Assembly: GCA_049300695.1 (NCBI GenBank)
Contig: JBAQKF010000032.1
Location: 8,292-72,291, forward strand
DNA: 64,000 bases
Source: Usitatibacter sp.
GTDB lineage: Bacteria; Pseudomonadota; Gammaproteobacteria; Burkholderiales; Usitatibacteraceae
Reading direction: 5' to 3'
The position numbers and the translations under genes were made by a program. Within the stretch, counting starts at the first letter, position 1. Each line of letters begins with the position of its first letter. Shown here in pieces: positions 1 to 10,172 of the stretch. Under the pieces are notes generated by a model, which was not told the DNA's origin, did not search any database, and saw only the letters and a program-made list of their open reading frames with translations.

Positions 1-1956
1 GAACTGAATTCCGGTTCCACGGTTCCCATGTGGGATTCCGTCTTTAGCCAAGGTGCGGCTGAAGGGATTTCATCTTTCGTCAGTTCAGGCGACTCCGGTG
101 CGGCAGCGTGCGACAAGTCCTTTGCGACACCTCCCGCAACCCAATCCGCAAGCCCGAACGAAATCTGCGCATCGAGCTATGCAACCTGCGTCGGCGGAAC
201 GCAGTTCGCCGATGCCGCGAATCCCAGCTTGTATTGGAGCACGACCAATTCTTCGACACGAGGATCTGCGCTCGGCTACATTCCCGAAGGCGCTTGGAAT
301 GAACCCCTAAATGGCACAGGGAATATTCAGGTCGCCGCTTCGGGAGGGGGGATCAGCTCTTATATTGGTACGCCGACATGGCAAACCAGCATTGGAACTC
401 AAGGGCGTTACACACCGGACGTTTCGTTCAGCGCCTCAGCGCACGATGACTACTACACCTGCTTCGCGGCATCGAACGCGGCGTGCGTTGCCGATAGCAC
501 TGGCGTCTCTCACTTTCAAGGCTTTCAGGGAACCTCGGCCGCGACACCGAGCATGGCGGGGATCGCTGCACTACTGAACCAGAAGATGGGTGCAGCTCAG
601 GGCAATCTGAATCCCCGTCTTTATTTGCTGGCATCGACGTCGGCGAATGGGGTCTTTCACGATGTGACGGTTGCGACCAGCGGCGTGGGTCAATGCGACC
701 CATCAGTTCCGAGCATGTGCAACAACAGCACCCCAAGCGCGACGGCACTAACCGGTGGCCTGGCGGGCTACTCCGTGATGCCGGGTTACGACCTAGTAAC
801 CGGATTGGGATCGATTGATGTGGCCAATCTGCTGGTCCACTGGACCAGCGCAACGGCGCCTGGGCAATTGCAAATGCCCGCCCCACTATCCTTCCAGCCG
901 CAGGCGGTAGGAACTCAAAGCGCGCAAATCGTCGCGACCATTGCAAACATCGGTGGAACTGCCGTCAACGTGTCGAACGTGACGAGCACCAACCTTACTG
1001 AATTTCCGGGAACGACGACGTGCATCACGACCATTCCTTCTGGCGGCCAATGCCAAGTCACGGCTGCCTTTCTTCCTAGCGCTGCTGGCCCCCGCAGCGC
1101 AACGATCGCGATCACAAGCGATGGCGTCGGTAGCCCGCAGACCTTCACGATGTTTGGCACAGGCACCACATCGGCCAACTACCAGGGACTTTGGTGGGCC
1201 TCGCCGGCGAACTCCGAATCGGGATGGGGCCTCAATTTCGCTCATCAAGGAGATACGATCTTTGCCACTTGGTTCACCTACGATCTCGGCGGAAATGGCA
1301 ACTGGCTCGTGATGACTGCAACAAAGACAGGAGCCGCAACCTACAGCGGAACGCTGTACTCGACTTCGGGCCCGCCATTCAACTCGGTTCCATTTAACGC
1401 ATCACAAGTGACGGCGATCTCTGTTGGAACCGGCACCTTGACGTTCTCCGATGCGAGCAACGGTAACTTCGCGTACACCGTCGGATCAACATCACAGGTG
1501 AAAGCCATTACTCGACAGATATTTGGAACGCTTCCTGTCTGCGCCACAGCGAATTCGCTTGCGAGCCTCAGTACCGCATCGAACTATACGGACCTCTGGT
1601 GGGCCTCGCCAGCAAACTCGGAGTCAGGGTGGGGAATTAACTTGAACCATGAAGGTTCGACCATATTCGCCACATGGTTTACATACAGCGCGACGGGCAA
1701 GGCAATGTGGCTCGTTTCAACAGCACCTCAGACAGCGGCCCAGGTCTTCACCGGGCCCGTCTACCAAACGAGCGGACCGCCCTTCAATTCGGTGCCTTTC
1801 GATTCGACACGTGTAGGCGTTACTCAAGTTGGCTCGGCAACCTTCACGTTCATCAACGGAAACGCAGCAACATTCGCCTACACGGTGAATGGCATATCAC
1901 AGTCGAAAGTTCTGACTCGCGAACTCTTCAGCGCTACGGGAACGGTGTGCCAGTAG
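1..1956 (+). CDS. S53 (sedolisin/kumamolisin-type) serine peptidase, 5'-truncated by the window edge. Catalytic domain followed by an Ig-like segment and two tandem ~136-aa C-terminal domains.
   Basis: Frame 1 is open from nt 1, with no stop before the first ATG at 28. Motifs SGDSGA and GTSAATPSMAGIAALL (S53-type catalytic Ser context). The C-terminal duplicated WWASPANSESGWG...IFATWFTY...TSGPPFNSVPF unit occurs at 1171-1545 and 1579-1953. Confidence 0.8.
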   Translation, partial: ELNSGSTVPMWDSVFSQGAAEGISSFVSSGDSGAAACDKSFATPPATQSASPNEICASSYATCVGGTQFADAANPSLYWSTTNSSTRGSALGYIPEGAWNEPLNGTGNIQVAASGGGISSYIGTPTWQTSIGTQGRYTPDVSFSASAHDDYYTCFAASNAACVADSTGVSHFQGFQGTSAATPSMAGIAALLNQKMGAAQGNLNPRLYLLASTSANGVFHDVTVATSGVGQCDPSVPSMCNNSTPSATALTGGLAGYSVMPGYDLVTGLGSIDVANLLVHWTSATAPGQLQMPAPLSFQPQAVGTQSAQIVATIANIGGTAVNVSNVTSTNLTEFPGTTTCITTIPSGGQCQVTAAFLPSAAGPRSATIAITSDGVGSPQTFTMFGTGTTSANYQGLWWASPANSESGWGLNFAHQGDTIFATWFTYDLGGNGNWLVMTATKTGAATYSGTLYSTSGPPFNSVPFNASQVTAISVGTGTLTFSDASNGNFAYTVGSTSQVKAITRQIFGTLPVCATANSLASLSTASNYTDLWWASPANSESGWGINLNHEGSTIFATWFTYSATGKAMWLVSTAPQTAAQVFTGPVYQTSGPPFNSVPFDSTRVGVTQVGSATFTFINGNAATFAYTVNGISQSKVLTRELFSATGTVCQ

Positions 1957-1978
1957 TAGTGCGTTCGGGAGTCATGGT

Positions 1979-3631
1979 TTACTTCTCCCGCTCCTGCAGC
2001 AGCCGCCACTGGATCTTTCCCGTCGCGGATTTCGGCAGGGACTCCTCGAACGAGATGATGGTGGGCACCTTGTATGCGGCCATCTTCGTGCGCGCCCATG
2101 CCGTGATCTCTTCCGCGGTGACCTGGCCCCGCCGCGCGGATTTCAGCACGATGAACACCTTCACGGTCTCGCCGCGGCGCGGATCCTTCGCCGCCACGAC
2201 GCACGCCTCCTGCACGTCCGGGTGCCCGTAGAAGGTCGCTTCGACTTCCGCCGGCCACACCTTGAGCCCCGACGCGTTGATCATCCGCTTCAGGCGATCG
2301 ACGATGAAGTAGTAGCCCTCGTCGTCGCGGCGCCCGAGGTCGCCGGTGCGGAACCACTTCCGGCCGTCCTTCTCGAAGAAGACTTCCTGCGTGGCCTTCT
2401 CCTTGCCCCAATAGCCGAGGAAGATCTGCGGCCCGCTCACGACGATCTCGCCTACTTCGCCGTTCGGCAGCGTCTCCAGGGTGGAAGGATCCACGACCAT
2501 CGACTCGGTGTCGCAGATCGGGATGCCGAGGCACTGCTTCTTCGGACGCTCGGGCGGATTCACGTGCGTGGGCGCCATCGTCTCGCTCAATCCGTAGCCT
2601 TCGACGAACGTGAGGCCGCAGAGCTCCTGCAGCTTCGTCGCCACCGCTTCCGGCATCGCCGCGCCGCCGCCTGTCATTCGCTGCACGCTCGACAGGTCGA
2701 ACTTGGCCGCGTTCGGGCTCGCGAGGAGGTCGACCACCATCGTCGGGATCAGCGTCCACGCCTGGATCTTGTAGCGCGAGATGAGCATCCCCGCGGCCTC
2801 GCGATCCCAGCGCGGCAACAGCACGACCGTGCTGCCCATGTAGATCGGCGAGTTCATCGCGTTCTGCATGCCCGTCACGTGGAAAAACGGCAGCACGCCG
2901 AGATAGATTGTCTCCGCCAGCCCCCGGAACCATGCCATTCCCGCAACGGCCGTGTGCATCACCGAGCGGTGCGTGTGCATGCAGCCCTTGGGCTCGCCCG
3001 TCGTGCCCGACGTGTACGGCATGCAGCAAAGGTCGTCGGGACGCGCGGTGTGCTCGCCCGGAACGAGGTTCGCGGCCATCGCATCGGCCCAGGTCACGAC
3101 CCCTTTTCCCGTGATCGGCTGGCGCGCGAGCTTGAACGCGTCGGGCACCGTGAGGTCCGTGGGCTTCTTCAGGTAATCGCTGTACGCCGCGACGATCGAG
3201 TGCGCCAACGTTCCGTCCTCGGTGAGCGGGGCGGCCTGGGGCCAGAGCTCCTGCGCGATGAACGCGGTCCTGGCCCCGCAGTCGGCGACGATGCGGCGCA
3301 GCTCCGCCGTGAGGTTCATCGGGTTGATCGGCACCACGACCGCGTCGGCACGCAGGATCGCGTAGTAGGCGATGACGAACTGGAAGCTGTTCTGGGCGAA
3401 GACGAGGACGCGATCGCCCTTCGCGACGCCGCAGCGCTTCTGCAGGAATCCCGCGAGCTTTTCCGCCTCCGTCTTCAATGCCGCGAACGTGATCTCGTTG
3501 TCGTAGCAGATGAACGCGGTCTTGCTCGCCTGGCGCTTCGACGAGACCTCGAGGTTGTACCAGAGGCTGGTCTGCGGGGCCGAGAGGTTGTGCGGAACGT
3601 ACTGCGGCCAGAAGGTGCCGCGCTCAGCCAT
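1979..3631 (-). CDS. AMP-dependent acyl-CoA synthetase / long-chain fatty acid-CoA ligase
   Basis: 550-aa ORF with AMP-binding signature [11 protein letters not shown] and C-terminal [22 protein letters not shown]. Its start overlaps the upstream ACAD stop by 8 nt. Confidence 0.9.
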   Translation of the reverse strand: MAERGTFWPQYVPHNLSAPQTSLWYNLEVSSKRQASKTAFICYDNEITFAALKTEAEKLAGFLQKRCGVAKGDRVLVFAQNSFQFVIAYYAILRADAVVVPINPMNLTAELRRIVADCGARTAFIAQELWPQAAPLTEDGTLAHSIVAAYSDYLKKPTDLTVPDAFKLARQPITGKGVVTWADAMAANLVPGEHTARPDDLCCMPYTSGTTGEPKGCMHTHRSVMHTAVAGMAWFRGLAETIYLGVLPFFHVTGMQNAMNSPIYMGSTVVLLPRWDREAAGMLISRYKIQAWTLIPTMVVDLLASPNAAKFDLSSVQRMTGGGAAMPEAVATKLQELCGLTFVEGYGLSETMAPTHVNPPERPKKQCLGIPICDTESMVVDPSTLETLPNGEVGEIVVSGPQIFLGYWGKEKATQEVFFEKDGRKWFRTGDLGRRDDEGYYFIVDRLKRMINASGLKVWPAEVEATFYGHPDVQEACVVAAKDPRRGETVKVFIVLKSARRGQVTAEEITAWARTKMAAYKVPTIISFEESLPKSATGKIQWRLLQEREK

Positions 3632-4847
3632 GGGCGCGAAGCTCCAGCTTCCCGATCTGGTTGCGATGGACCTCGTCGGGGCCGTCGGCGAGCCGCAGCG
3701 TGCGCGCGCCGGCGTACATCCCGGCGAGTTCGACGTCGTCGGAAACTCCCGCCGCGCCGTACGCCTGGATCGCCCAGTCGATCACCTGGACCGCCATGTT
3801 GGGCGCGGCGACCTTGATCATCGCGATCTCCTTGCGCGCGGCCTTGTTGCCGGCGACGTCCATCTTCCACGCGGCGTTCAGCACCAGCAGGCGCGCCTGG
3901 TCGATCATGATCCGGGCGTTGGCGATGCGCTCGAGCGTCACCGTGCGCTCCGAGACGGGCTTGCCGAACGTCACGCGCGATTGCGTGCGCCGGCACATCA
4001 TCTCGAGCGCGCGCTCGGCCACGCCGATCACGCGCATGCAGTGGTGGATGCGCCCGGGGCCGAGGCGGCCTTGCGCGATCTCGAACCCGCGCCCCTCGCC
4101 CAGGAGGAGGTTCGCCGCGGGAACGCGCACATCCTTGAACTCGAATTCCCCGTGGCCGTGCGGAGCGTCGTCGTCGCCGAAGACGGTGAGCGCGCGAAGC
4201 AGCTTCACGCCGGGCGCATCGACGGGCACGAGGATCATCGACTGGGACTTGTGCTTGTCCACGGCCTCGCCGGGCTGGGCATTTCGCCCCATGAAGATGA
4301 GGATCTTGCAGCGCGGGTCCGGCGCGCCGGTCGTCCACCACTTCTTGCCGTTGACGACGTAGTCGTTGCCGTCGCGCACGATGCTCGCGCGGATGTTGGT
4401 GGCATCGGACGAGGCGACGTCGGGCTCGGTCATCGCGAATGCGGAGCGGATCTCGCCGGCGAGAAGGGGCTCCAGCCACTTCTTCTTCTGCTCGGGCGTG
4501 CCGTAGCGCACCAGCACTTCCATGTTGCCGGTGTCGGGTGCGCTGCAGTTGAACGACTCGGGACCGATCGGCGAGCGGCCCATGATCTCGCAGAGCGGCG
4601 CGTATTCGAGATTGCTGAGCCCCGCGCCGTATTCCGACTCAGGGAGGAAGAGGTTCCACAGTCCCTCGCCGCGCGCCTTCTGCTTGAGCGACTCCATGAC
4701 GCGCGTGGCCTTCCATGGATTGCCCGCCTTCCGGTTGGCCGCGACCTCGTCGCTGAACGGGCGCTCGGCCGGATAGACGTGGGCTTTCATGAACGCGGCG
4801 ATCCGTTCCTGGAGCTCCTGTGTCTTCTTCGAATAGGCGAAATCCAT
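3624..4847 (-). CDS. Acyl-CoA dehydrogenase, ACAD10/ACAD11/FadE2-like subfamily
   Basis: Start trimmed to ATG at 4847 (MDFAYSKK...), preceded by GGAGAAG. Motif run [54 protein letters not shown]. The upstream 37 codons of the track ORF lie inside a repeat element. Confidence 0.9.
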   Translation of the reverse strand: MDFAYSKKTQELQERIAAFMKAHVYPAERPFSDEVAANRKAGNPWKATRVMESLKQKARGEGLWNLFLPESEYGAGLSNLEYAPLCEIMGRSPIGPESFNCSAPDTGNMEVLVRYGTPEQKKKWLEPLLAGEIRSAFAMTEPDVASSDATNIRASIVRDGNDYVVNGKKWWTTGAPDPRCKILIFMGRNAQPGEAVDKHKSQSMILVPVDAPGVKLLRALTVFGDDDAPHGHGEFEFKDVRVPAANLLLGEGRGFEIAQGRLGPGRIHHCMRVIGVAERALEMMCRRTQSRVTFGKPVSERTVTLERIANARIMIDQARLLVLNAAWKMDVAGNKAARKEIAMIKVAAPNMAVQVIDWAIQAYGAAGVSDDVELAGMYAGARTLRLADGPDEVHRNQIGKLELRAHG

Positions 4848-4889
4848 TTGCTTCTCCCTGTTTCTACGCTGCGCTGTCGCTAGAGAGTT

Positions 4890-5023
4890 GATCCGCAGAT
4901 AAACGCAGATGAACGCAGATAACCCCGGAAAACTTATATGAGTTTCGTGCCATTGCAAGCGCCATCACGAAGCATATGTAGCTGTTGACCTTATCTGCGT
5001 TCATCTGCGTTCATCTGCGGATC
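4890..5023. repeat. 134-bp inverted-repeat element. The 33-bp arms (32/33 match) are each built from three tandem 10-mers (C/A)CGCAGAT(A/G)A and flank a 68-bp AT-richer core.
   Basis: Left arm 4890-4922 is GATCCGCAGATAAACGCAGATGAACGCAGATAA. Right arm 4991-5023 is its reverse complement with one mismatch. The right arm overlaps the last 7 codons plus stop of the kinase gene. Confidence 0.85.
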
Positions 5024-6092
5024 CAAAGCCTTTTGCCAGGATCCGTTCGGCCTGCTTCCAGCCCTCGTCGGCGATGGCGCGAGTGCGGCTGCCGGCGGAG
5101 AGCGCCTCGGCGCTGGCGGCGTTGCCCTGCAGCGCGCGGGCCTTCACGCCCTGCAGGATCGCGGCAAGGCGGAACATGTTGTAGGCGAGGTAGTACTCGA
5201 AGTGCGGAATCGATTCGCGCCCCGTGAGGCGGCAGTACCGGGCGATGTATTCGCGCTCGCCGGGGATGCCGAGTGCCGCGAGGTCCACGCCCGCGAGGCC
5301 GCGGCCGTGCGCGCCTTCGGGCATGCGCCACGTCATGCAGTGATAGGCGAAGTCGGCGAGCGGATGCCCCAGCGTCGAGAGCTCCCAGTCGAGCACCGCG
5401 AGGATGCGCGGCTCGGCCGGATGGAAGATCACGTTGTCGATGCGATAGTCGCCGTGCACGATCGAGGTCTCTTCGCCCGGCGGCACGTTCTCCGGCAGCC
5501 ACTCGATCAAATTATCCATCGCGTTGATGGTCTCGGTCTGCGAGGCGCGATACTGGCGCGTCCAGCGGTCGATCTGGCGCGCGAGGTAATTGCCGGGCTT
5601 TCCGTAGTCGCCGAGCCCGACTGCTTGAATGTCCACCTTGTGCAGCGCCGCGATCACGCGATTCAACTCGTTGTAGTGCTCCGAGCGCTGCTCGTTCGTG
5701 AGTCCCGGCAACGTGGGATCCCAGAGCACGCGGCCTTCCACGTAGTCGGCGAGGAAGAACGGCGTGCCGATCACTTCCGGATCCTCGCAGAGCACGTACG
5801 TCTTCGGCACGGGAACATCGGTCTTCGCGAGCGCCGTCATCACGCGGTATTCGCGCTCGACGGCGTGGGCGGAAGGCAGCAACTTTCCCGGCGGCTTGCG
5901 GCGCAGCGCGTAACGCCGCGTGCCCGACTCGATGAGGTACGTGGGATTCGACTGCCCGCCCTTGAACTGCGATACGGCGAGCGTGCCCGTCGACTCCTCG
6001 ACGTTCACCCGCATCCACGCGGCGAGACGCTCCGCGTCGAAGGCGAGCGCGGGCGCGACGGGCCGCGTGCCGGTGAATTTCTCGAAGTTCAC
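5001..6092 (-). CDS. Phosphotransferase family protein (APH/choline-kinase fold, ACAD10/11 N-terminal-kinase-like, LvaA-like)
   Basis: GTG start at 6092 overlaps the SDR stop (GTGA). Motifs GGQSNPTYLI, AVEREYRVMTAL, HGDYRIDNVIF, LDWELSTLGHPLADF. The N-terminal 222 codons of the track ORF are an Arg/Gly-rich artefact over the SDR gene. Confidence 0.85.
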   Translation of the reverse strand: MNFEKFTGTRPVAPALAFDAERLAAWMRVNVEESTGTLAVSQFKGGQSNPTYLIESGTRRYALRRKPPGKLLPSAHAVEREYRVMTALAKTDVPVPKTYVLCEDPEVIGTPFFLADYVEGRVLWDPTLPGLTNEQRSEHYNELNRVIAALHKVDIQAVGLGDYGKPGNYLARQIDRWTRQYRASQTETINAMDNLIEWLPENVPPGEETSIVHGDYRIDNVIFHPAEPRILAVLDWELSTLGHPLADFAYHCMTWRMPEGAHGRGLAGVDLAALGIPGEREYIARYCRLTGRESIPHFEYYLAYNMFRLAAILQGVKARALQGNAASAEALSAGSRTRAIADEGWKQAERILAKGFGSADERR

Positions 6093-6862
6093 GAGGAGCT
6101 CTGGCCCCCGTCCACGGCGATGCACTGCCCGGTGATGTGGCGCGCCGCATTGGACGCAAGGAATACAGCCACGCCCTTCAGGTCCTCGTCGCCGCCCAGC
6201 CGGCGCAGCGGCGTCCCCTTGATCACGCGCTCGCCGATGCGTTCGAGGATTCCGCTCGCCATCTTCGTCGGGAAGAATCCCGGGCAGATCGCATTCACGT
6301 TGATGCCGTGCGGGCCCCACTCGGAAGCGAGTGCCCGCGTGAAGTTCACCGCGGCGCCCTTCGAGGTGTTGTAGGCGATCGTATGCATGTCCGACGGTCC
6401 GCCGCGCAATCCCGCGATCGAAGCGACGTTCACGATCTTGCCGCCCTTGTTGGGAATGAAGCACCGCTTCCCGACCTCGCGCGACAGGTGGAACATCGCG
6501 TCGATGTTGAGCGTCATGACCTTGCGCCACGCATCGTCGGGATATTCCTCGGCCTTCGCGCCCCACGTGGCGCCCGCGTTGTTCACCAGGATGTCGATGG
6601 TGCCGAAGTGCTTGACCACTTGATCGACCATCGCCGGGATCTGGTCCAGCTTCGAAAGATCGTTGGCCACCGTGAAGTTCTCGATGCCCTTGGACGAGAG
6701 CTCCTTCGACGCTTCGGCGAGTTCGTCGGCCTTGCGCGCCGTGATCGCGACCTTGCATCCCATCTCGCCCAGCCCCGTGGCGATCTGCAGGCCCAGGCCG
6801 CGCGACCCCCCCGTGATGAGCGCCACCTTGCCCTTCAAATCGAACAGCTCGCGCGTATTCAT
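6089..6862 (-). CDS. Short-chain dehydrogenase/reductase (SDR, 3-oxoacyl reductase-like)
   Basis: ATG at 6862 shares 1 nt with the thiolase stop (TGATG). Motifs TGGSRGLG (cofactor binding), NNAG and YNTSK (catalytic Tyr/Lys). Confidence 0.9.
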   Translation of the reverse strand: MNTRELFDLKGKVALITGGSRGLGLQIATGLGEMGCKVAITARKADELAEASKELSSKGIENFTVANDLSKLDQIPAMVDQVVKHFGTIDILVNNAGATWGAKAEEYPDDAWRKVMTLNIDAMFHLSREVGKRCFIPNKGGKIVNVASIAGLRGGPSDMHTIAYNTSKGAAVNFTRALASEWGPHGINVNAICPGFFPTKMASGILERIGERVIKGTPLRRLGGDEDLKGVAVFLASNAARHITGQCIAVDGGQSSS

Positions 6863-8040
6863 CAGATCACCTCGAAGAGTCCGGCCGCGCCCATGCCGCC
6901 GCCGATGCACATCGTCGCGACGACGTACTTCGCGCCGCGGCGCTTGCCTTCGATCAGCACGTGTCCCGCGAGGCGCGATCCCGAAACGCCGTACGGATGT
7001 CCCACGGCGATCGCGCCGCCGTTCACGTTCAGGCGATCGTCGGGAATGCCCAGGCGGTCGCGGCAGTAGATCACCTGCACCGCGAAGGCTTCGTTGAGCT
7101 CCCACAGGTCGATGTCCTTCACCTTGAGGCCCGTCCGCTCGAGCAGGCGCGGCACCGCGAAGACGGGACCGATGCCCATCTCGTCGGGCTCGCATCCGGC
7201 GATGGCGAAGCCGCGGAAGATGCCGAGGGGCTGGAGCCCGCGCTTCTCGGCGAGCTTGCGCTCCATGACGACGCAAGCCGACGCGCCATCGGAAAACTGG
7301 CTCGCATTGCCCGCGGCGACGACACCACCGGGCATCGCCGGACGAATCTTCGATACGCCCTCGTAGGTCGTGTCGGCGCGGATGCCTTCGTCGGCGGCGA
7401 TCGTGACTTCCTTCGACATGAGGCGGCTCGTGTCCTTGTCGGCCACGCCCATCACCGTCGTCATCGGCACGATCTCGTCCTTGAACTTGCCCGCGGCCTG
7501 CGCGGCGGCCGCGCGTTGCTGGCTCCGCGCGCCGTACTCGTCCTGCTTGTCGCGCGGGATGTTGTAGCGCTTCGCGACAGTCTCGGCGGTCTCGAGCATC
7601 GACCAGTAGAGCTCGGGCTTGTGCTCCGTGATCCAGTGCTCGGCGCGCATGTGCTTGTTCGTCTCCTGCTGCACGCACGAGATGGATTCCACGCCGCCGG
7701 CCACGAGCACGGGCGCCCCCTCGGTGATGACCCGCTGCGCCGCCATCGCGATCGCCTGCAATCCCGACGAGCAGAAGCGGTTCACGGTGACGCCGCCCGC
7801 GGTCACGGGAAGTCCCGCGCGAATCGCGATCTGGCGCGCGATGTTGCCCCCGGTCGCGCCCTCGGGCAGCGCGCAGCCCATGATGACGTCTTCCACCTCG
7901 GCGGGATCGATCTTCGCGCGCTCGACGGCCGCCTTCACGACGTGGCCTCCGAGCGTCGCGCCGTGGGTCATGTTGAATGCGCCGCGCCAGCTCTTCGCCA
8001 GGCCCGTGCGCGCGGTGGAAACGATGACGGCTTCAGTCAT
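6862..8040 (-). CDS. Acetyl-CoA C-acyltransferase (3-ketoacyl-CoA thiolase)
   Basis: 392 aa with thiolase signatures [12 protein letters not shown] (active-site Cys), NEAFA and GGGMG near the C-terminus. Confidence 0.92.
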   Translation of the reverse strand: MTEAVIVSTARTGLAKSWRGAFNMTHGATLGGHVVKAAVERAKIDPAEVEDVIMGCALPEGATGGNIARQIAIRAGLPVTAGGVTVNRFCSSGLQAIAMAAQRVITEGAPVLVAGGVESISCVQQETNKHMRAEHWITEHKPELYWSMLETAETVAKRYNIPRDKQDEYGARSQQRAAAAQAAGKFKDEIVPMTTVMGVADKDTSRLMSKEVTIAADEGIRADTTYEGVSKIRPAMPGGVVAAGNASQFSDGASACVVMERKLAEKRGLQPLGIFRGFAIAGCEPDEMGIGPVFAVPRLLERTGLKVKDIDLWELNEAFAVQVIYCRDRLGIPDDRLNVNGGAIAVGHPYGVSGSRLAGHVLIEGKRRGAKYVVATMCIGGGMGAAGLFEVI

Positions 8041-8052
8041 GGCGTGCTCCGT

Positions 8053-10149
8053 TCAATTGAATGTCTTGCCTTCGGCGGCGAGCTTCGCGAGCAAACCCGC
8101 GGGCTCCCAGAAGGCATTGCCGGTCTGGGCGCGATAGCGCTTCATGGCGCGCTCGATGGCGATGAGGCCTGTCATGTCGGCGTAGAGCATGGGGCCGCCG
8201 CGGAAGACCGGGAATCCGTAGCCCGTGAGGTAGACCATGTCGATGTCGGAAGCGCGCTGGGCGATCTTCTCCTCGAGGATCCTCGCCCCTTCGTTGATGA
8301 GCGCATAGACGCAGCGCTCGACGATTTCCTGCTCGCCGATCTTGCGCGGCGTGATGCCGAGCGTCTTCCGCCCGGCCTCGATGATCTTGTCCACGGCGGG
8401 ATCCGGGATCGGGTCGCGCTTGCCGGGCTCGTAGCGATACCAGCCCGCGCCCGTCTTCTGCCCGAAGCGCCCCGCCTCGCACAGCGCGTCGGCGATGACC
8501 AGTTTTTTGAAGCTGGGATCTTCTGCGTAATGGCGCTTGCGGATCGACCAGCTGATGTCGTTGCCGGCGAGGTCTCCCACGCGAAACGGCCCCATGGCCA
8601 TGCCGAACTTCTCCATCGCCTTGTCCACCTGCTGTGGGGACGCGCCCTCCTCCAGCAGCGCGTTGGCCTCGCCCGCGTAGTACTTGAGCATCCGGTTGCC
8701 GATGAATCCGTCGCACACGCCCGACACCACCGCCGTCTTCTTGATCTTCTTGGCGATGTCCATGACCGTGGCGAGCACGTCCTTCCGGGTCTTCTCGCCG
8801 CGCACGACTTCCAGGAGCTTCATCACGTTCGCGGGGCTGAAGAAGTGCATGCCGAGGACATCCTGCGGACGCTTGGTGATCGCGGCGATGTGGTTCACGT
8901 CGAGCGTGGAGGTGTTCGTGGCGAGGATCGCGCCCGCCTTCGCCGTGGCGTCGATCTGCTTGAACACAGTCTCCTTCACGCCCATCTCCTCGAACACCGC
9001 CTCGATCACCAGATCCGCGTCGCCGATGTCCTTGTAGTCGAGCGTGGGCTTGAGGAGCGCCAGGCGCTCGGCCATCTTGTCCTCGGTGAGGCGGCCCTTC
9101 TTCACCGTGCCCTCGTAGTTCTTCCGGATCGTGGCGAGGCCGCGGTCGAGCGCGTCCTGCCTGGTCTCGAGGATGGTGACAGGGAGCCCTGCGTTGAGGA
9201 AATTCATCGCGATGCCGCCACCCATGGTGCCCGCGCCGATCACTGCGACCTTCGCGACCTTGCGGCGCGGCGTGTCCTCGGGCACGTCGGGAATCTTGCT
9301 CGCGGCCCGCTCGCCGAAGAACGCATGGCGAAGCGCGCGCGACTCGGGCCCCATGAGGAGATCCGTGAAGCCTTCGCGCTCGATGCGAAGGCCTTCCTCG
9401 AAGGGCTTGTCGACCGAGGCCGCGACGCAATCGATGCACTTCAACGGCGCGGGGAAATTCTTCGACATCGCGCTCACGGTCTTGCGCGCGAACTGCAGGA
9501 ACGCTTCGGGATTGTCGTGCTTCACCTTCTTGTTGCGCAGCTGCTCGAGGGGGCGCTTTTCGGCCACGACTTTTTTCGCGAACGCGACGGCGCCTTCGAC
9601 CAAATCGCCCTGGATGATCTCGGCGAACAATCCCAGCGCCGCCAGCTGCTCGGACGGCACGCTTGCTCCCGACACGATCATGTTGAGCGCGGCTTCCAGG
9701 CCGATCGCGCGCGGCAGGCGTTGAGTTCCACCGGCACCGGGGAGCAACCCGAGCTTCACTTCCGGCAGCGCCACCTGCGTCCCCGGGGCGGCCACGCGGA
9801 AGTGGCAGCCCAGCGGAAGCTCGAGGCCGCCGCCCATGGCGACCGTGTGCATCGCCGCGATGACGGGCTTCGGGCTTTGCTCGAATGCGGTGATAAGCGT
9901 GCGAAGCGTGGGCTCCGCGAGCATCGCAGGGGTATTGAACTCGCGGATGTCGGCGCCGCCCGAGAAGGCCTTGCCGGCCCCGGTGAGCACGATGGCCTTC
10001 ACCTTGTCGTCGGCGAGCGCGCGATCGAGGCCTTCCAGCGCGGCCGAGCGCACGCTGTAGCTCATGCCGTTCACCGGCGGATTATCCAGCGTCATGAGGG
10101 CGACTTCCCCCCGGGTCTCGTATCGGGCCGTGCCCGTTGCCTTGTCCAC
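8053..10149 (-). CDS. Bifunctional enoyl-CoA hydratase / 3-hydroxyacyl-CoA dehydrogenase (FadB/FadJ-like)
   Basis: GTG at 10149 is preceded by AAGGAGA, 7 nt upstream. N-terminal crotonase fold (LDNPPVNG, GAGKAFSGGADI) and C-terminal Rossmann VAVIGAGTMGGGIA. Upstream track-ORF residues overlap livF and are low complexity. Confidence 0.88.
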   Translation of the reverse strand: MDKATGTARYETRGEVALMTLDNPPVNGMSYSVRSAALEGLDRALADDKVKAIVLTGAGKAFSGGADIREFNTPAMLAEPTLRTLITAFEQSPKPVIAAMHTVAMGGGLELPLGCHFRVAAPGTQVALPEVKLGLLPGAGGTQRLPRAIGLEAALNMIVSGASVPSEQLAALGLFAEIIQGDLVEGAVAFAKKVVAEKRPLEQLRNKKVKHDNPEAFLQFARKTVSAMSKNFPAPLKCIDCVAASVDKPFEEGLRIEREGFTDLLMGPESRALRHAFFGERAASKIPDVPEDTPRRKVAKVAVIGAGTMGGGIAMNFLNAGLPVTILETRQDALDRGLATIRKNYEGTVKKGRLTEDKMAERLALLKPTLDYKDIGDADLVIEAVFEEMGVKETVFKQIDATAKAGAILATNTSTLDVNHIAAITKRPQDVLGMHFFSPANVMKLLEVVRGEKTRKDVLATVMDIAKKIKKTAVVSGVCDGFIGNRMLKYYAGEANALLEEGASPQQVDKAMEKFGMAMGPFRVGDLAGNDISWSIRKRHYAEDPSFKKLVIADALCEAGRFGQKTGAGWYRYEPGKRDPIPDPAVDKIIEAGRKTLGITPRKIGEQEIVERCVYALINEGARILEEKIAQRASDIDMVYLTGYGFPVFRGGPMLYADMTGLIAIERAMKRYRAQTGNAFWEPAGLLAKLAAEGKTFN

Positions 10150-10172
10150 GACGGCGTCTCCTTGGTTTCGAT

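Noticed and set aside
4940-4966. Sigma-54-like TGGCAC on the minus strand in the core of the inverted-repeat element
   Set aside because: The required TTGC(A/T) element 5 nt downstream of TGGCAC is absent (TGGCACGAAACTCAT). The nearby TTGCAA/TATAAG pair has only ~14 nt spacing. No promoter call was made.
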